DNA of 64,000 nucleotides. Origin: Clostridia bacterium (GTDB lineage: Bacteria; Bacillota; Clostridia; Christensenellales; DTU072). The notes beneath the pieces are model-generated. The model was not told the DNA's origin and made no database searches. It was given only the letters and a program-made list of their open reading frames with translations. The position numbers were made by a program, and so were the translations under genes. Location of the stretch: the NCBI GenBank assembly GCA_017403145.1, contig JAFQOO010000010.1, positions 96,151 to 160,150 of the forward strand, given 5' to 3'. Below, piece by piece: positions 26,409 to 35,905 of the stretch (positions are counted from its first letter, which is position 1; each line of letters opens with the position of its first letter).

Positions 26409-28628
26409 TCAAAATAGGCGAGCGCATATCATAGAACAATCGTCGCGCTCCTCGGGGGCAATTCTTTCCACGTTAGACATCACCCTTTCGCATATCTCGT
26501 TGGGATTGCGAGTATCAAGCTTCAATAAGATTTCTTCCAAACGTTCCTTACCTAAACCGTCGATAACCCCGTCGGAAAACATAACTATAAAATCTCGTGG
26601 CGTAAGACGTACCGTTTCGGTTATAGGCGTGGCTCCCTCGATTATGCCAAGAGGCAACGAACCGCAAGCTATTTCCTTTATCCCTTCGGGCGAGATAACG
26701 TACCCTTCGCGTGCACCCTGCTTGATAAAATCGACGTCGCCCGTATCGGTATCTATTACCGCGATATCTATCGCGTTAAACTCCTCCTTGTTCCTCACTT
26801 TAAGCATATTGCCCACGCTCTTTAGTACCGTTTCGTGGTTAAAGCCCGCCTTATAAAAGGACTCTATAAGACTCATTGCGCAACTGCTATTTTCACCGGC
26901 CTCTCTTCCGTGTCCCATTCCATCTGCAAGACATAACATTACCTTATGTGAGTTTAGTCGTATTACCGCTTCCTTATCCCCGGACCCGCTAAAGTCCTTT
27001 GCCGATACCCTTTCGCCATATGCTACCCTATACTTCGGCTCTCTTTCCCAAAAGGTTACCACCTCTCCGTTTATACTCTCTTTTTTATCATAAATCCACA
27101 TTGGAGCGCCCATAATTTGGCTAATAGTTTCCCTTAATTTAGGTTTTGATAAATCGCTTTCCCTAACGCTCAAACTTATATGCCCATTATCGAACGCCAT
27201 TATCTCTTTTACGCCAACCCCAACGTCGTTGAAGGCATCTTGTAAACGTTTTTCGAGCGCGGTATCGTATCTGAGCGGAACCCCTGCTTCTACACCCATC
27301 ACCTCTATCACTTCCGCAAGCCCCTCGACTTGCTCTTTGAGTAGCTTTTTGTTTTCGGAAGCCTCTTTGTTTTCTTTTATTTCCTCTTGTTTTTCGTATA
27401 GTACTTCGTTTGCCCTCATAATAAGCTGGTTAAGATTTAGACATCTACTGCTTAAAAAGGGAGAGGCATCCAATATGCTAGCCTTCCCCATTTCTATCGC
27501 CGAGCCCATTAGCTCTTGCACGACGATTTCCGTACCACTCCCACCCAAACTCTTTTTGCACCTTTGGTAATGGGCGCACCTTTTACAAGTTCTATTCACC
27601 ACCTCGATTGCAAGCTCCATTTGGTTAAGACTATACTCCCTATCCTCGCTCGCAAGCGCATAACCAACGTCGTAAAGGGAACGCGATAGGTTGTCTAGCT
27701 TATCCTTTATATCCGCTCTATTTTTATTTATCAAAGAGCGGGTAAGGCTGTCCCCGCCCCTATGAAAACGAGTGTAGATTTTCCTTTTTATTTTTATAGG
27801 TAATGCTAAAGATATCACCGTTGCAAGAGCGGGCGCAATCAAGCCAAGATACTCCCTATCTATAATACTAGCTAGCATCAAAACGCCCTCTAAAACCAGT
27901 GCTATAACTCCGCCAAAGTAAGCGTGTTCTTTTGGGAAAAAATTGGTTATTACTCCTATACCCACCATAAAAGCAAAGCTCTCTATTCCAAAAGGTAATC
28001 CACCCAAGCCTAGGCTTAACCCTACCTCTATTACGTTCAATATCGATAAACAAGGAATAAGGGTGATAAAAAGAATACCTATAAACCAATAAAAGCTAAA
28101 GAAATATATATTCAAGTACTTTAACCCTAGCCCTAAAATTGCTAGGCAAACGCAAAAGGTAGCTCTTTCGAAACGCGACAACTCGTAGTTCAGTTTTTTA
28201 CCTACCACCGCATACACCGCGGTAATAAAAAAATAGGTTAGAGCAAGCGACGTTAATGCTCCGCCTACTAACCTAAAAGCCGACGTCCACTCCTTACTTT
28301 CCACTATCACGCGAGGAACAAGGGAAATAAAGGAATATAATACCGCGTGTAGCTTGCTAATACTTTTTCCAAGCTTATAGTGAACGAATACGGAAACCAG
28401 CACAACTACGATGGGAAAGGCAACGTAAAGCGCTCCCCACAACGAAAAATTGAAAGCAATTCCGCTAGCGAGATAAAGAGGCGCAACAATAAGCATATTT
28501 TGTTTACCCCACAAAAGTGCAAAAAGAAATGCGGACGTAAAAGCATATATGCCCGTTTTACACTCTAAAAAATGCAAAAAAGCAAGTATAATAGCATATA
28601 TAATATATTTGATTATATCATTTTTCAT
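26409..28628 (-). CDS. spoIIE: Stage II sporulation protein E (SpoIIE), membrane PP2C phosphatase
   Basis: About 10 N-terminal TM helices, a central regulator region and a C-terminal PP2C domain (LADGMGHGREAGENS, DIAVIDTDTGDVDFIKQGA, VMFSDGVIDG). Confidence 0.85.
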   Translation of the reverse strand: MKNDIIKYIIYAIILAFLHFLECKTGIYAFTSAFLFALLWGKQNMLIVAPLYLASGIAFNFSLWGALYVAFPIVVVLVSVFVHYKLGKSISKLHAVLYSFISLVPRVIVESKEWTSAFRLVGGALTSLALTYFFITAVYAVVGKKLNYELSRFERATFCVCLAILGLGLKYLNIYFFSFYWFIGILFITLIPCLSILNVIEVGLSLGLGGLPFGIESFAFMVGIGVITNFFPKEHAYFGGVIALVLEGVLMLASIIDREYLGLIAPALATVISLALPIKIKRKIYTRFHRGGDSLTRSLINKNRADIKDKLDNLSRSLYDVGYALASEDREYSLNQMELAIEVVNRTCKRCAHYQRCKKSLGGSGTEIVVQELMGSAIEMGKASILDASPFLSSRCLNLNQLIMRANEVLYEKQEEIKENKEASENKKLLKEQVEGLAEVIEVMGVEAGVPLRYDTALEKRLQDAFNDVGVGVKEIMAFDNGHISLSVRESDLSKPKLRETISQIMGAPMWIYDKKESINGEVVTFWEREPKYRVAYGERVSAKDFSGSGDKEAVIRLNSHKVMLCLADGMGHGREAGENSSCAMSLIESFYKAGFNHETVLKSVGNMLKVRNKEEFNAIDIAVIDTDTGDVDFIKQGAREGYVISPEGIKEIACGSLPLGIIEGATPITETVRLTPRDFIVMFSDGVIDGLGKERLEEILLKLDTRNPNEICERVMSNVERIAPEERDDCSMICARLF

Positions 28629-28635
28629 AACGATA

Positions 28636-28674
28636 TAATAAAATAAAACAAGCCGATTGTTTTGGCTTGTTTTG
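28636..28674 (-). terminator. Rho-independent terminator after signal peptidase I
   Basis: On the minus strand: AAAACAAGCC-aaaacaatc-GGCTTGTTTT followed by ATTTTATTAT. Confidence 0.55.
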
Positions 28675-28700
28675 TCGAGAAGGTGTTATTCGTGTATACT

Positions 28701-29258
28701 CTAGGCGTTGACTCGTTTAACGATAGTCAAATCGCTCAGCAAACCTGCTTTTGCATCGTACCTTAAAATTACTCTACCTAAAATAGAATCCATTTGTCCC
28801 ATCATACCACTTCTTGAGTCTAGTGAATTCATACGATTATCACCGCAAAAATAGAAGCAACCTTCGGGAACCACTCTTTTTTCGTGAGCATCGCTTTCTC
28901 TAGCACGGATATTTCCGCCGAGGTAATTTTCCTCAAGCTTAACGTCGTTAACGAAAATAAAATACGCTGCTCCATCCTTCTTGATTTCAACAGTATCACC
29001 GGGAAGGGCTATTATGCGTTTGATATAATGACTTTCTCCACTTTCCGTTTGCACGTGGGTGTTGAATACGACTATATCTCCGTAACGATAATTACCTTGC
29101 TTATATAGGATAACGTTATCACCGTCTTGAATGGTTTCCGTCATAGAGGTGCCGGATACGGGGATTGTGGTGAACAACCAATTGGAAAGGAAGTATGCGC
29201 CTACAACGCAAACTATCACTAGTAATATATCAACTATAATTTTTGCTACTTTACTCAT
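28701..29258 (-). CDS. lepB: Signal peptidase I (S26A)
   Basis: N-terminal TM anchor. Motifs VSGTSMTETI (catalytic Ser box), YIKRIIALPGDTV (Lys box) and GDNRMNSLDSR. The ATG directly abuts the upstream stop. Confidence 0.9.
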   Translation of the reverse strand: MSKVAKIIVDILLVIVCVVGAYFLSNWLFTTIPVSGTSMTETIQDGDNVILYKQGNYRYGDIVVFNTHVQTESGESHYIKRIIALPGDTVEIKKDGAAYFIFVNDVKLEENYLGGNIRARESDAHEKRVVPEGCFYFCGDNRMNSLDSRSGMMGQMDSILGRVILRYDAKAGLLSDLTIVKRVNA

Positions 29259-30938
29259 CTAAATAAACAATATATTTCCTACTACTATTTGTTTTCCCCT
29301 TATAGAAAGGGCTTTAACGCCATACCAATTTGTTAGTGGCATCAAGTTATCGTCTTTAAAGTCGGTTATCTTCAAACGGGTACCCATAAATAGACCTTTG
29401 GTATTATTAACCGCTATGGTTGCTTTATAGGTTTTACTACCCTCACTAGATACGCCAAGCAAAATTATTTCCGCTTCGGCATCTTCTACTGTGTATAGTT
29501 CCAGTTGTAAAATTCTATCCTTATCGGTGCCTTCCGTAGGACAAAAACGATAGGTTCTCAGTCCGTCGCTATCGCTTGTTAAGCCAACCATTCCCTTTGC
29601 AGTTTCCACTAGGCGCAACGATTTTTCGAATAATACGGTACCGGAATGTTCTTCTACAAAACCGCTTTCTTCTTCTCCTGCTTGATAGATAACGCGCAAG
29701 GTTGCGTTGGCATTCTTAACCTTTTCCTTTACCGGTAAACCTTTGAGGTCGCGGTACTCTACTAGTGAAGAAAGGGATAATCCACTTTCGTATTCTACTA
29801 TAGCATAGGCGAACAAGGGCGCATCTTTGTCGTACTCTACCGCTTCGGCTATATATTCGTTATAGGATACGGACAATCCGTCCGCCTCTCTATAATTGCG
29901 AATTTCGTGGTGATATTCTTTTTCCGCATAGTAAACCACTACCTTCTTTATCATCGAAGAGGGGTCGCAGTCCACGTTAAAAGTGGGAACTCCGCTATCG
30001 CTTACTCTTATTTTAAGCACGGGAGCGGTGGGTAGCTCGTCGGTATTATCGCGCACTACCGCACTAAGCCAAATCATAAGAGTTCTATATGCTTCGGGGA
30101 GCATAAAATCGGTTGCGCGCGGACTTATTGCAATACGAACGTCGTCGTTATCCATAAGTGCTACAAGGTTGGAAAGTCTATCTATATCGCTATTCCTTGC
30201 ATTAGAGCCCAGCGCTATAAAGGTAGGTGCTTTAACGTGTTTTGCATAAGCTACCGAGGCAACGCCCGTTAGCCAACACATACGTTCCTCGTCCATAACC
30301 AACTCTCTTTGCTCGCCATATCGATTTTGCTTTATGTACTCTCTGTACCCCGAACCATTTATGCAAGCAAGTCCGTCTACTTTATCTTGCTCGGTTGCAC
30401 TAACCGCAATAGCAATTTCTACCGCGTCGCCGAGTCCCATAAGAATGAGCTTGCCATCGCTTATCACCCTTTTAACAAAGGTTAAGGTGCGTTTCACGAT
30501 TATGGCATAGAGATATTGGCTGGTTTCTTTTGCGGTGGGCATAACCTTTTTGATATGGTCGCCCGCCTTTTCATAAAGTCCGTACTCAAGGGATGGTGGG
30601 AAAGTGGTTTTGAATTCCCCTACTCCGCTCAAATCGGGAATAACTATGGTATAACCGGCGTTTGCGAGCGCGTGTACTAGTTTTTCATCGGGCGAACGAT
30701 GGTATTCGCCAACCATAACGATGACGGGAGATGCGCTCACGTCTCCCTCTCTACGTAACAAACGGACGGCAACCGTTACGTTGCCGTCGTCTGTTTCTAA
30801 AGCTGTAAAGAGGTGCCTTTCTTCTAAAATATCTTCGCCAACAGTACCGACATAATCGGTTTTGAGGTTACCTAGGGGTAAGCTACCCGCATCGTAACCT
30901 TGCCATATTTGGCTAGGCACCATTACCTTATAGTCCAT
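29259..30938 (-). CDS. Hypothetical protein, N-terminal alpha/beta-hydrolase-like region (no clear GxSxG)
   Basis: 559-aa ORF with no signal peptide. VIVMVGEYH...IVIPDLSGVG...LILMGLGDAVEIA resembles AXE1/DLH-type folds, but the nucleophile position reads G-L-G-D-A. Confidence 0.45.
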   Translation of the reverse strand: MDYKVMVPSQIWQGYDAGSLPLGNLKTDYVGTVGEDILEERHLFTALETDDGNVTVAVRLLRREGDVSASPVIVMVGEYHRSPDEKLVHALANAGYTIVIPDLSGVGEFKTTFPPSLEYGLYEKAGDHIKKVMPTAKETSQYLYAIIVKRTLTFVKRVISDGKLILMGLGDAVEIAIAVSATEQDKVDGLACINGSGYREYIKQNRYGEQRELVMDEERMCWLTGVASVAYAKHVKAPTFIALGSNARNSDIDRLSNLVALMDNDDVRIAISPRATDFMLPEAYRTLMIWLSAVVRDNTDELPTAPVLKIRVSDSGVPTFNVDCDPSSMIKKVVVYYAEKEYHHEIRNYREADGLSVSYNEYIAEAVEYDKDAPLFAYAIVEYESGLSLSSLVEYRDLKGLPVKEKVKNANATLRVIYQAGEEESGFVEEHSGTVLFEKSLRLVETAKGMVGLTSDSDGLRTYRFCPTEGTDKDRILQLELYTVEDAEAEIILLGVSSEGSKTYKATIAVNNTKGLFMGTRLKITDFKDDNLMPLTNWYGVKALSIRGKQIVVGNILFI

Positions 30939-30941
30939 CTT

Positions 30942-33671
30942 TTATTTTTTCTCCATCATACGTTCGATAAACTTTTGGATTTCAACCATAGGAACGATTA
31001 GGAAGGAAGCACCTATTGCTATTAACCATTGTGCCCAATCTAGAGGAACGGTATCGAATATCGTACCGATAGGAGCAATGGATACTACTAAAACTACTAG
31101 CACTACGCCAACCAAGAAAGCAAGGTTGAGGAACTTGTTATCAAACATCTTCTTGTTGAAGAGTGATTGAGATTGGCTCTTTAGGTTGAAGCTGTGGAAT
31201 AGTTGGATGAAGCATAGGGTTACGAATGCCATAGTTTCGCTAACTGCGTGGGTTGCACCATTTCTTTCGAAGTACAAGAAACCTACTAGGAAGCTTCCCA
31301 TAACGAGTGCGGTTTGCATTATACCTTGGATAATGATATCAACACCGGTCTTACCGGCAAACAAGCTTGAACCCGATTTTCTAGGCGGATATTCCATAAC
31401 GTTAGCTTCGGCTTTTTCCATACCAAGAGCAAGAGCGGGTAGCGAGTCGGTAACCATATTTACCCACAGTATCATAACGGGGGTTAGGAATACTAGTTGT
31501 CCTTCGCTCTCTGCAAGCAAATCGGGATTTACTGCGTTAACTATAGTCGAAATTACAACAACGCTTAGGAACAAGCAAAGAACTTCTGCGATATTTGCAG
31601 AGAGCAAATATTGTATTGCCTTCTTGATATTTGCATAAACCTTTCTACCTTCTTCAACTGCGCTAACGATGGTAGCAAAGTTGTCGTCGGCAAGAACCAT
31701 ATCACTAGCGCCCTTACTTACGTCGGTGCCGGTGATACCCATACCGATACCTATATCGGCTTTCTTGATGGAAGGAGCATCGTTAACACCGTCGCCGGTC
31801 ATTGCTACTACCTTACCAAGTGAACGATATGCACAAACGATTCTAACCTTATTTTCGGGAGAAACACGAGCGTATACGCGATATCTATCGATATTAGCCA
31901 TATATTCTTCTTCGCTCATCTTGTCTAGCTCTGCACCGGTTAGAACTTCTTGGTCGGGACTATCGATTATGCCAACCTCTCTAGCGATTGCAGCAGCGGT
32001 CTTTGCGTGGTCGCCGGTAATCATTATAGCGCGGATACCTGCTTTCTTACAGGTTGCAACAGCTGCCTTAACTTCATCACGAGCGGGGTCTATCATACCG
32101 GTTAGACCTACGAAAATCAAATCTTCTTCGAACTTTTCTCTATCTTCTTCGTTTAGCTTGATAGCATATGCGAGTACACGGAGTGCTTTTTCCGCCATAT
32201 CACCGTTTGCCTTGAGAACGTTTTCTTTATCTTCTTCGGTGATTGCACGAACTTGTCCGTCTACCCAAATAGAACTACATCTGTTTAGTAGAATATCGGG
32301 AGCGCCCTTAACGTGGATGATTTTTTCGCCATCAACGTCGTTTACGGTGCTCATAAGCTTACGTTTACTATCAAAAGGAATTTCGTCAACACGAACGTAT
32401 TTTGCGCTCATATCGAGGTCTTTCTTTCTTGCATAGGCTACGAGTGCGGTTTCGGTGGGGTCGCCTACGAGCTTGCCTTCGCTTTCTTGAGTGTCGTTAC
32501 ACAAGGTCATTACGCGAATAAGAGTGTTAACGTCGCCTGCTACTTCGTCGCTGTCGGTAATGATACCGCCACTAGTGGTATATAACTCTTTAACGGTCAT
32601 TTGGTTAAGAGTGATGGTACCGGTCTTGTCGGAGCAAATAATTTCACAGCAACCAAGAGTTTCAACTGCGGGAAGGTTTCTAACGATAGCCTTTCTTTCA
32701 CTCATTCTTTGAACGCCGATAGCAAGAACGATGGTAACAACTGCAGGTAGACCTTCGGGTATAGCGGCAACTGCGATTGCAACTGCGGTCATAAAGGATT
32801 CTACTATGCTACCGCCGAATTCTTGCCAATCGGTAACCTTCCAACCGGAGGTGGAAAGTACGATAAGAATACTTGCTAGGAATATAACTGCCGCGATGCC
32901 TAGAACTGCAACGGATAGTAATTTTGCAGTCTTTGCAAGTTGTATTTGAAGGGGAGTGGTATTGTCGGTTTTTTCGTTAAGCATCTTAGCGATTTTACCT
33001 ACCTCGGTATCCATACCGGTTGCGGTAACAACGCCTTCGCCTCTACCAAAAGAAACGGTACCACTACTAAAAGCCATACAAGCGCGGTCGCCAAGAGGGG
33101 CTTCCTCGTTGGTGAGTGCGTTGGTGTGCTTGTTAACGGGAACCGATTCACCGGTAAGAGCAGCTTCTTCTATTTGTAAAGAAGAGCACTTGATAAGACG
33201 CATATCGGCGGGAACCATATCGCCTGCTTCGAGAACAACGATATCACCTACTACCAATTCTTCCGAGGAAATCTTTTCAAGATTGCCTTCACGGATAACT
33301 TTAGCAAAGGGCTTGTTCATATTCTTTAGAGCTTCGAGCGATTTTTCCGCTTTACCCTCTTGAACAAGACCTATAATCGCGTTAACTACAACGATTAGTA
33401 GGATAAGTCCGCTATCGATAAGGTCGCCGTAGTTCTTTTCGATGATAGAAAGAACACCCGATACCAAAGCGGCAACTAGTAGAACGATAATCATAAGGTC
33501 TTTGAATTGGTCAAGGAACCTCAAAATCATCGGGCGCTTTTTAGCTTCGTCAAGAGCGTTTTTACCATTTGCTTCAAGACGAGCTTTTGCTTCGGACGAA
33601 GTTAAACCGGAGGGAGTGGATTTCACCTCTTGTAAAACTTCTTCTACTTCACTCGTGTAGAATTGTTTCAT
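30942..33671 (-). CDS. Calcium-translocating P-type ATPase (type IIA/IIB, YloB-like)
   Basis: ICSDKTGTITLN, IPEGLPAVVT, KGAPD, MITGDH and GDGVNDAPSIKKADIGIGMG, plus an N-terminal cation_ATPase_N (LTSSEAKARLEANGKNAL). The ATG at 33671 (MKQFY) has GAGGAA upstream; the GTG at 33683 would contain that SD. Confidence 0.9.
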   Translation of the reverse strand: MKQFYTSEVEEVLQEVKSTPSGLTSSEAKARLEANGKNALDEAKKRPMILRFLDQFKDLMIIVLLVAALVSGVLSIIEKNYGDLIDSGLILLIVVVNAIIGLVQEGKAEKSLEALKNMNKPFAKVIREGNLEKISSEELVVGDIVVLEAGDMVPADMRLIKCSSLQIEEAALTGESVPVNKHTNALTNEEAPLGDRACMAFSSGTVSFGRGEGVVTATGMDTEVGKIAKMLNEKTDNTTPLQIQLAKTAKLLSVAVLGIAAVIFLASILIVLSTSGWKVTDWQEFGGSIVESFMTAVAIAVAAIPEGLPAVVTIVLAIGVQRMSERKAIVRNLPAVETLGCCEIICSDKTGTITLNQMTVKELYTTSGGIITDSDEVAGDVNTLIRVMTLCNDTQESEGKLVGDPTETALVAYARKKDLDMSAKYVRVDEIPFDSKRKLMSTVNDVDGEKIIHVKGAPDILLNRCSSIWVDGQVRAITEEDKENVLKANGDMAEKALRVLAYAIKLNEEDREKFEEDLIFVGLTGMIDPARDEVKAAVATCKKAGIRAIMITGDHAKTAAAIAREVGIIDSPDQEVLTGAELDKMSEEEYMANIDRYRVYARVSPENKVRIVCAYRSLGKVVAMTGDGVNDAPSIKKADIGIGMGITGTDVSKGASDMVLADDNFATIVSAVEEGRKVYANIKKAIQYLLSANIAEVLCLFLSVVVISTIVNAVNPDLLAESEGQLVFLTPVMILWVNMVTDSLPALALGMEKAEANVMEYPPRKSGSSLFAGKTGVDIIIQGIMQTALVMGSFLVGFLYFERNGATHAVSETMAFVTLCFIQLFHSFNLKSQSQSLFNKKMFDNKFLNLAFLVGVVLVVLVVSIAPIGTIFDTVPLDWAQWLIAIGASFLIVPMVEIQKFIERMMEKK

Positions 33672-33701
33672 TATTTTCCTCACAAAATATATAGTTTTTT
33701 G

Positions 33702-35168
33702 TTATTTTCCGTATTTAGCTTGTAGCCTCTTTTTATTTTCCGCTACGTTTTTTGCATTTCTTAGTTGCGTTTTATCCCACGCATTGCCGAAAAACCTTAT
33801 TAACGTTGCCAATTTTTTGAAAATATTCGGGTCTGCATCGTTTATTTTAACACACTTTATACCTAGATTGTCAATAATCTTACTATTATATTTTACGCGC
33901 GCACGGAAATCTTTATAATCGTCGTGATAAGGACTCCACCCTCTTTCCGCAGTAGCGAGCAATCTTGGGAAGGTTTGACGGTCTATATCGGCATCGCATT
34001 TTACGTACTCACACCATAACGGGGCCTCTACTCCCAAAATATTTTCGGTCTTTTCCACACCCTCGATTTCGGGATTGAGACTGAATGCTTTTTTTAGAGA
34101 GGTTAAACCATATGGATAATCTAAATAATAGTTAAAAAAGGGACTAATTATACCTTTTTTACCACGATTTATTTCTCTTATTGCAGCTTCCTTGTTGACG
34201 GGGGAATATTGCCAATAGTGCACAATTATACTTTCGTGCACGTTTTCACCTACCATTCCATCATTCCAATTTATTACGGTTTTTCCGTTTTCTAAACAAA
34301 ACTCGGCTAGTTTAGCCATAAAATGAGCTTGTAGCTCGTCTTCATTTTTGAGCCCGTTTTCCGCCATTTCACGTTGGCAATCGGGACAATCCAGCCAATG
34401 CAAACGCAATGCTTCGTCGCCACCCAAGTGAATCAACTCAAAGGGGAAGATTTCGAACATTTCCTTTAGAACGTCTTTACAAAACTCTACGCTACTTTCC
34501 TTACCCGCACAAAGCACCTCGGGATGTATGCCAAAGCTATCTTTAACCTCGATTTTAGTACCGAAGCAGTCCAAATGCGGATAGGCACTAATAGCGGCTG
34601 CGGTATGTCCGGGGATATCAAATTCGGGAAGAACTTGCATATGATAACCCTTGCAATACTCCACTATCTCGCGCATTTCCTCTTTGGTATAGTAACCGTG
34701 TACCGGTTTACCATCTCCTCTGGTTCCGTCGCGATAAGATGCTAGCTCGGTTAAAAGAGGATACTTGTCCACCTGCACGCGCCAGCCCTGGTCGTCGGTC
34801 AAATGCCAATGGAAGACGTTAATTTTAAATCTTGCAACCGCATCTATTATCCTCTTGATGCTATCTATCGAGTGAAAATGCCTAGCGCAGTCCAGCATAT
34901 ATCCCCTATAGGAATATCTGGGATAATCCACTATTTCACAGTGAGGCAAATCACCTAGCTCCATCAAATTGCGAAGGGTTACTTTTGCATAATAAAATCC
35001 GTCGTCGTCGCTTGCCTTAACGGTTATACCCGTGCTATCTATACTAAGCACGTATCCACTCTTGTTTATGGAATCGTCGCGTAGTTCGCGCACGTTGTCC
35101 ATAGTGTAGTTAAAGGTAGCGTCGGAAAGTATATTTTCTTTAACGGGCTTTGGAATAATGGGTAACAT
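33702..35168 (-). CDS. GH20 beta-N-acetylhexosaminidase
   Basis: MLDCARHF, NVFHWHLTDDQGWR and HLGGDE. I see no N-terminal signal peptide. Confidence 0.9.
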   Translation of the reverse strand: MLPIIPKPVKENILSDATFNYTMDNVRELRDDSINKSGYVLSIDSTGITVKASDDDGFYYAKVTLRNLMELGDLPHCEIVDYPRYSYRGYMLDCARHFHSIDSIKRIIDAVARFKINVFHWHLTDDQGWRVQVDKYPLLTELASYRDGTRGDGKPVHGYYTKEEMREIVEYCKGYHMQVLPEFDIPGHTAAAISAYPHLDCFGTKIEVKDSFGIHPEVLCAGKESSVEFCKDVLKEMFEIFPFELIHLGGDEALRLHWLDCPDCQREMAENGLKNEDELQAHFMAKLAEFCLENGKTVINWNDGMVGENVHESIIVHYWQYSPVNKEAAIREINRGKKGIISPFFNYYLDYPYGLTSLKKAFSLNPEIEGVEKTENILGVEAPLWCEYVKCDADIDRQTFPRLLATAERGWSPYHDDYKDFRARVKYNSKIIDNLGIKCVKINDADPNIFKKLATLIRFFGNAWDKTQLRNAKNVAENKKRLQAKYGK

Positions 35169-35170
35169 AA

Positions 35171-35905
35171 CTATTCTCCTATACTATAACTTGATTGGGG
35201 TACTACAAAGTCGCTCTCTCCGTTGGATATCGAACCGCTTTGAACACTTATGGTACCCGAACTGCTTGGTTTAGTTGCTTTAACATTCAATATTGTGTCT
35301 CCGTCGTTTATGCAGTCGTAACCGCTTTCCGAGTAAACTACCACTACCATAGAGCTAACGGAAACCGAGTATATTTCCATTTTAAAAGCGCTTGTTAACT
35401 TGAGGGTGGGCTCGCTTAGAACAATTCCGCCCGAGGTGGAAAGAGTAAATCTAAGAGCATATACTCCACCGCTAACCGTGCTTGCCTTATCTGCCTTTAT
35501 ATCGACGTCGTAACCGGTCTTACTTTCGTTTTCTACCACACCAATATTAAACCTAAATGAAGTTTCTACCGAAAGAGAGCTTTGTACCTTGTAAATATAG
35601 TTGGCACTCTTGCCTTTATAGGTAACGGAAAGCGTTCTACCCGTCGTAGTAGTCGAGGTATCAAAGCCACTAACCATACCCTCGGTAATACTTATGCTTG
35701 CAGTAGAGCCATCGGTATAGGTAACGAGTATTTTGGATGCGCTTAGGTTCAATTTTTCATCTAGCGCGTAAATTTCCTTGAACGAACCTTGTATTATTTG
35801 AATGGAAGATACCGCTTTTTCTTTGTTACAAGCAGTAAGCATACATACGAATACTAGGCAAAGGAGTATCACCGTTATTATCGTTCTAATATTTTTCTTA
35901 TTCAT
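35171..35905 (-). CDS. Lipoprotein with one Ig-like (Big_3-type) domain and a C-terminal cohesin-like domain
   Basis: Lipobox LLCLVFVCMLTAC. Ig-like domain KILVTYTDGSTASISITEGMVSGFD...TLSVTYKGKSANYIYKV. The C-terminal ~125 aa show a cohesin-like strand pattern. The start overlaps the upstream stop by 8 nt (ATGAATAA). Confidence 0.7.
   Translation of the reverse strand: MNKKNIRTIITVILLCLVFVCMLTACNKEKAVSSIQIIQGSFKEIYALDEKLNLSASKILVTYTDGSTASISITEGMVSGFDTSTTTTGRTLSVTYKGKSANYIYKVQSSLSVETSFRFNIGVVENESKTGYDVDIKADKASTVSGGVYALRFTLSTSGGIVLSEPTLKLTSAFKMEIYSVSVSSMVVVVYSESGYDCINDGDTILNVKATKPSSSGTISVQSGSISNGESDFVVPQSSYSIGE
35210..35593 (-). other. Cohesin-like module of the lipoprotein (inferred)
   Basis: FRFNIGVVENESKTGYDVDIKADKASTVSGGVYALRFTLSTSGG...SMVVVVYSESGYDCINDGDTILNVKATKPSSSGTISV. 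This parallels the type I cohesin pattern (V.I.V......G..V.VPV......GI....F.L.YD......IVFLF.D.....I..DGVFA.I.FKVK). By-eye comparison only. Confidence 0.4.
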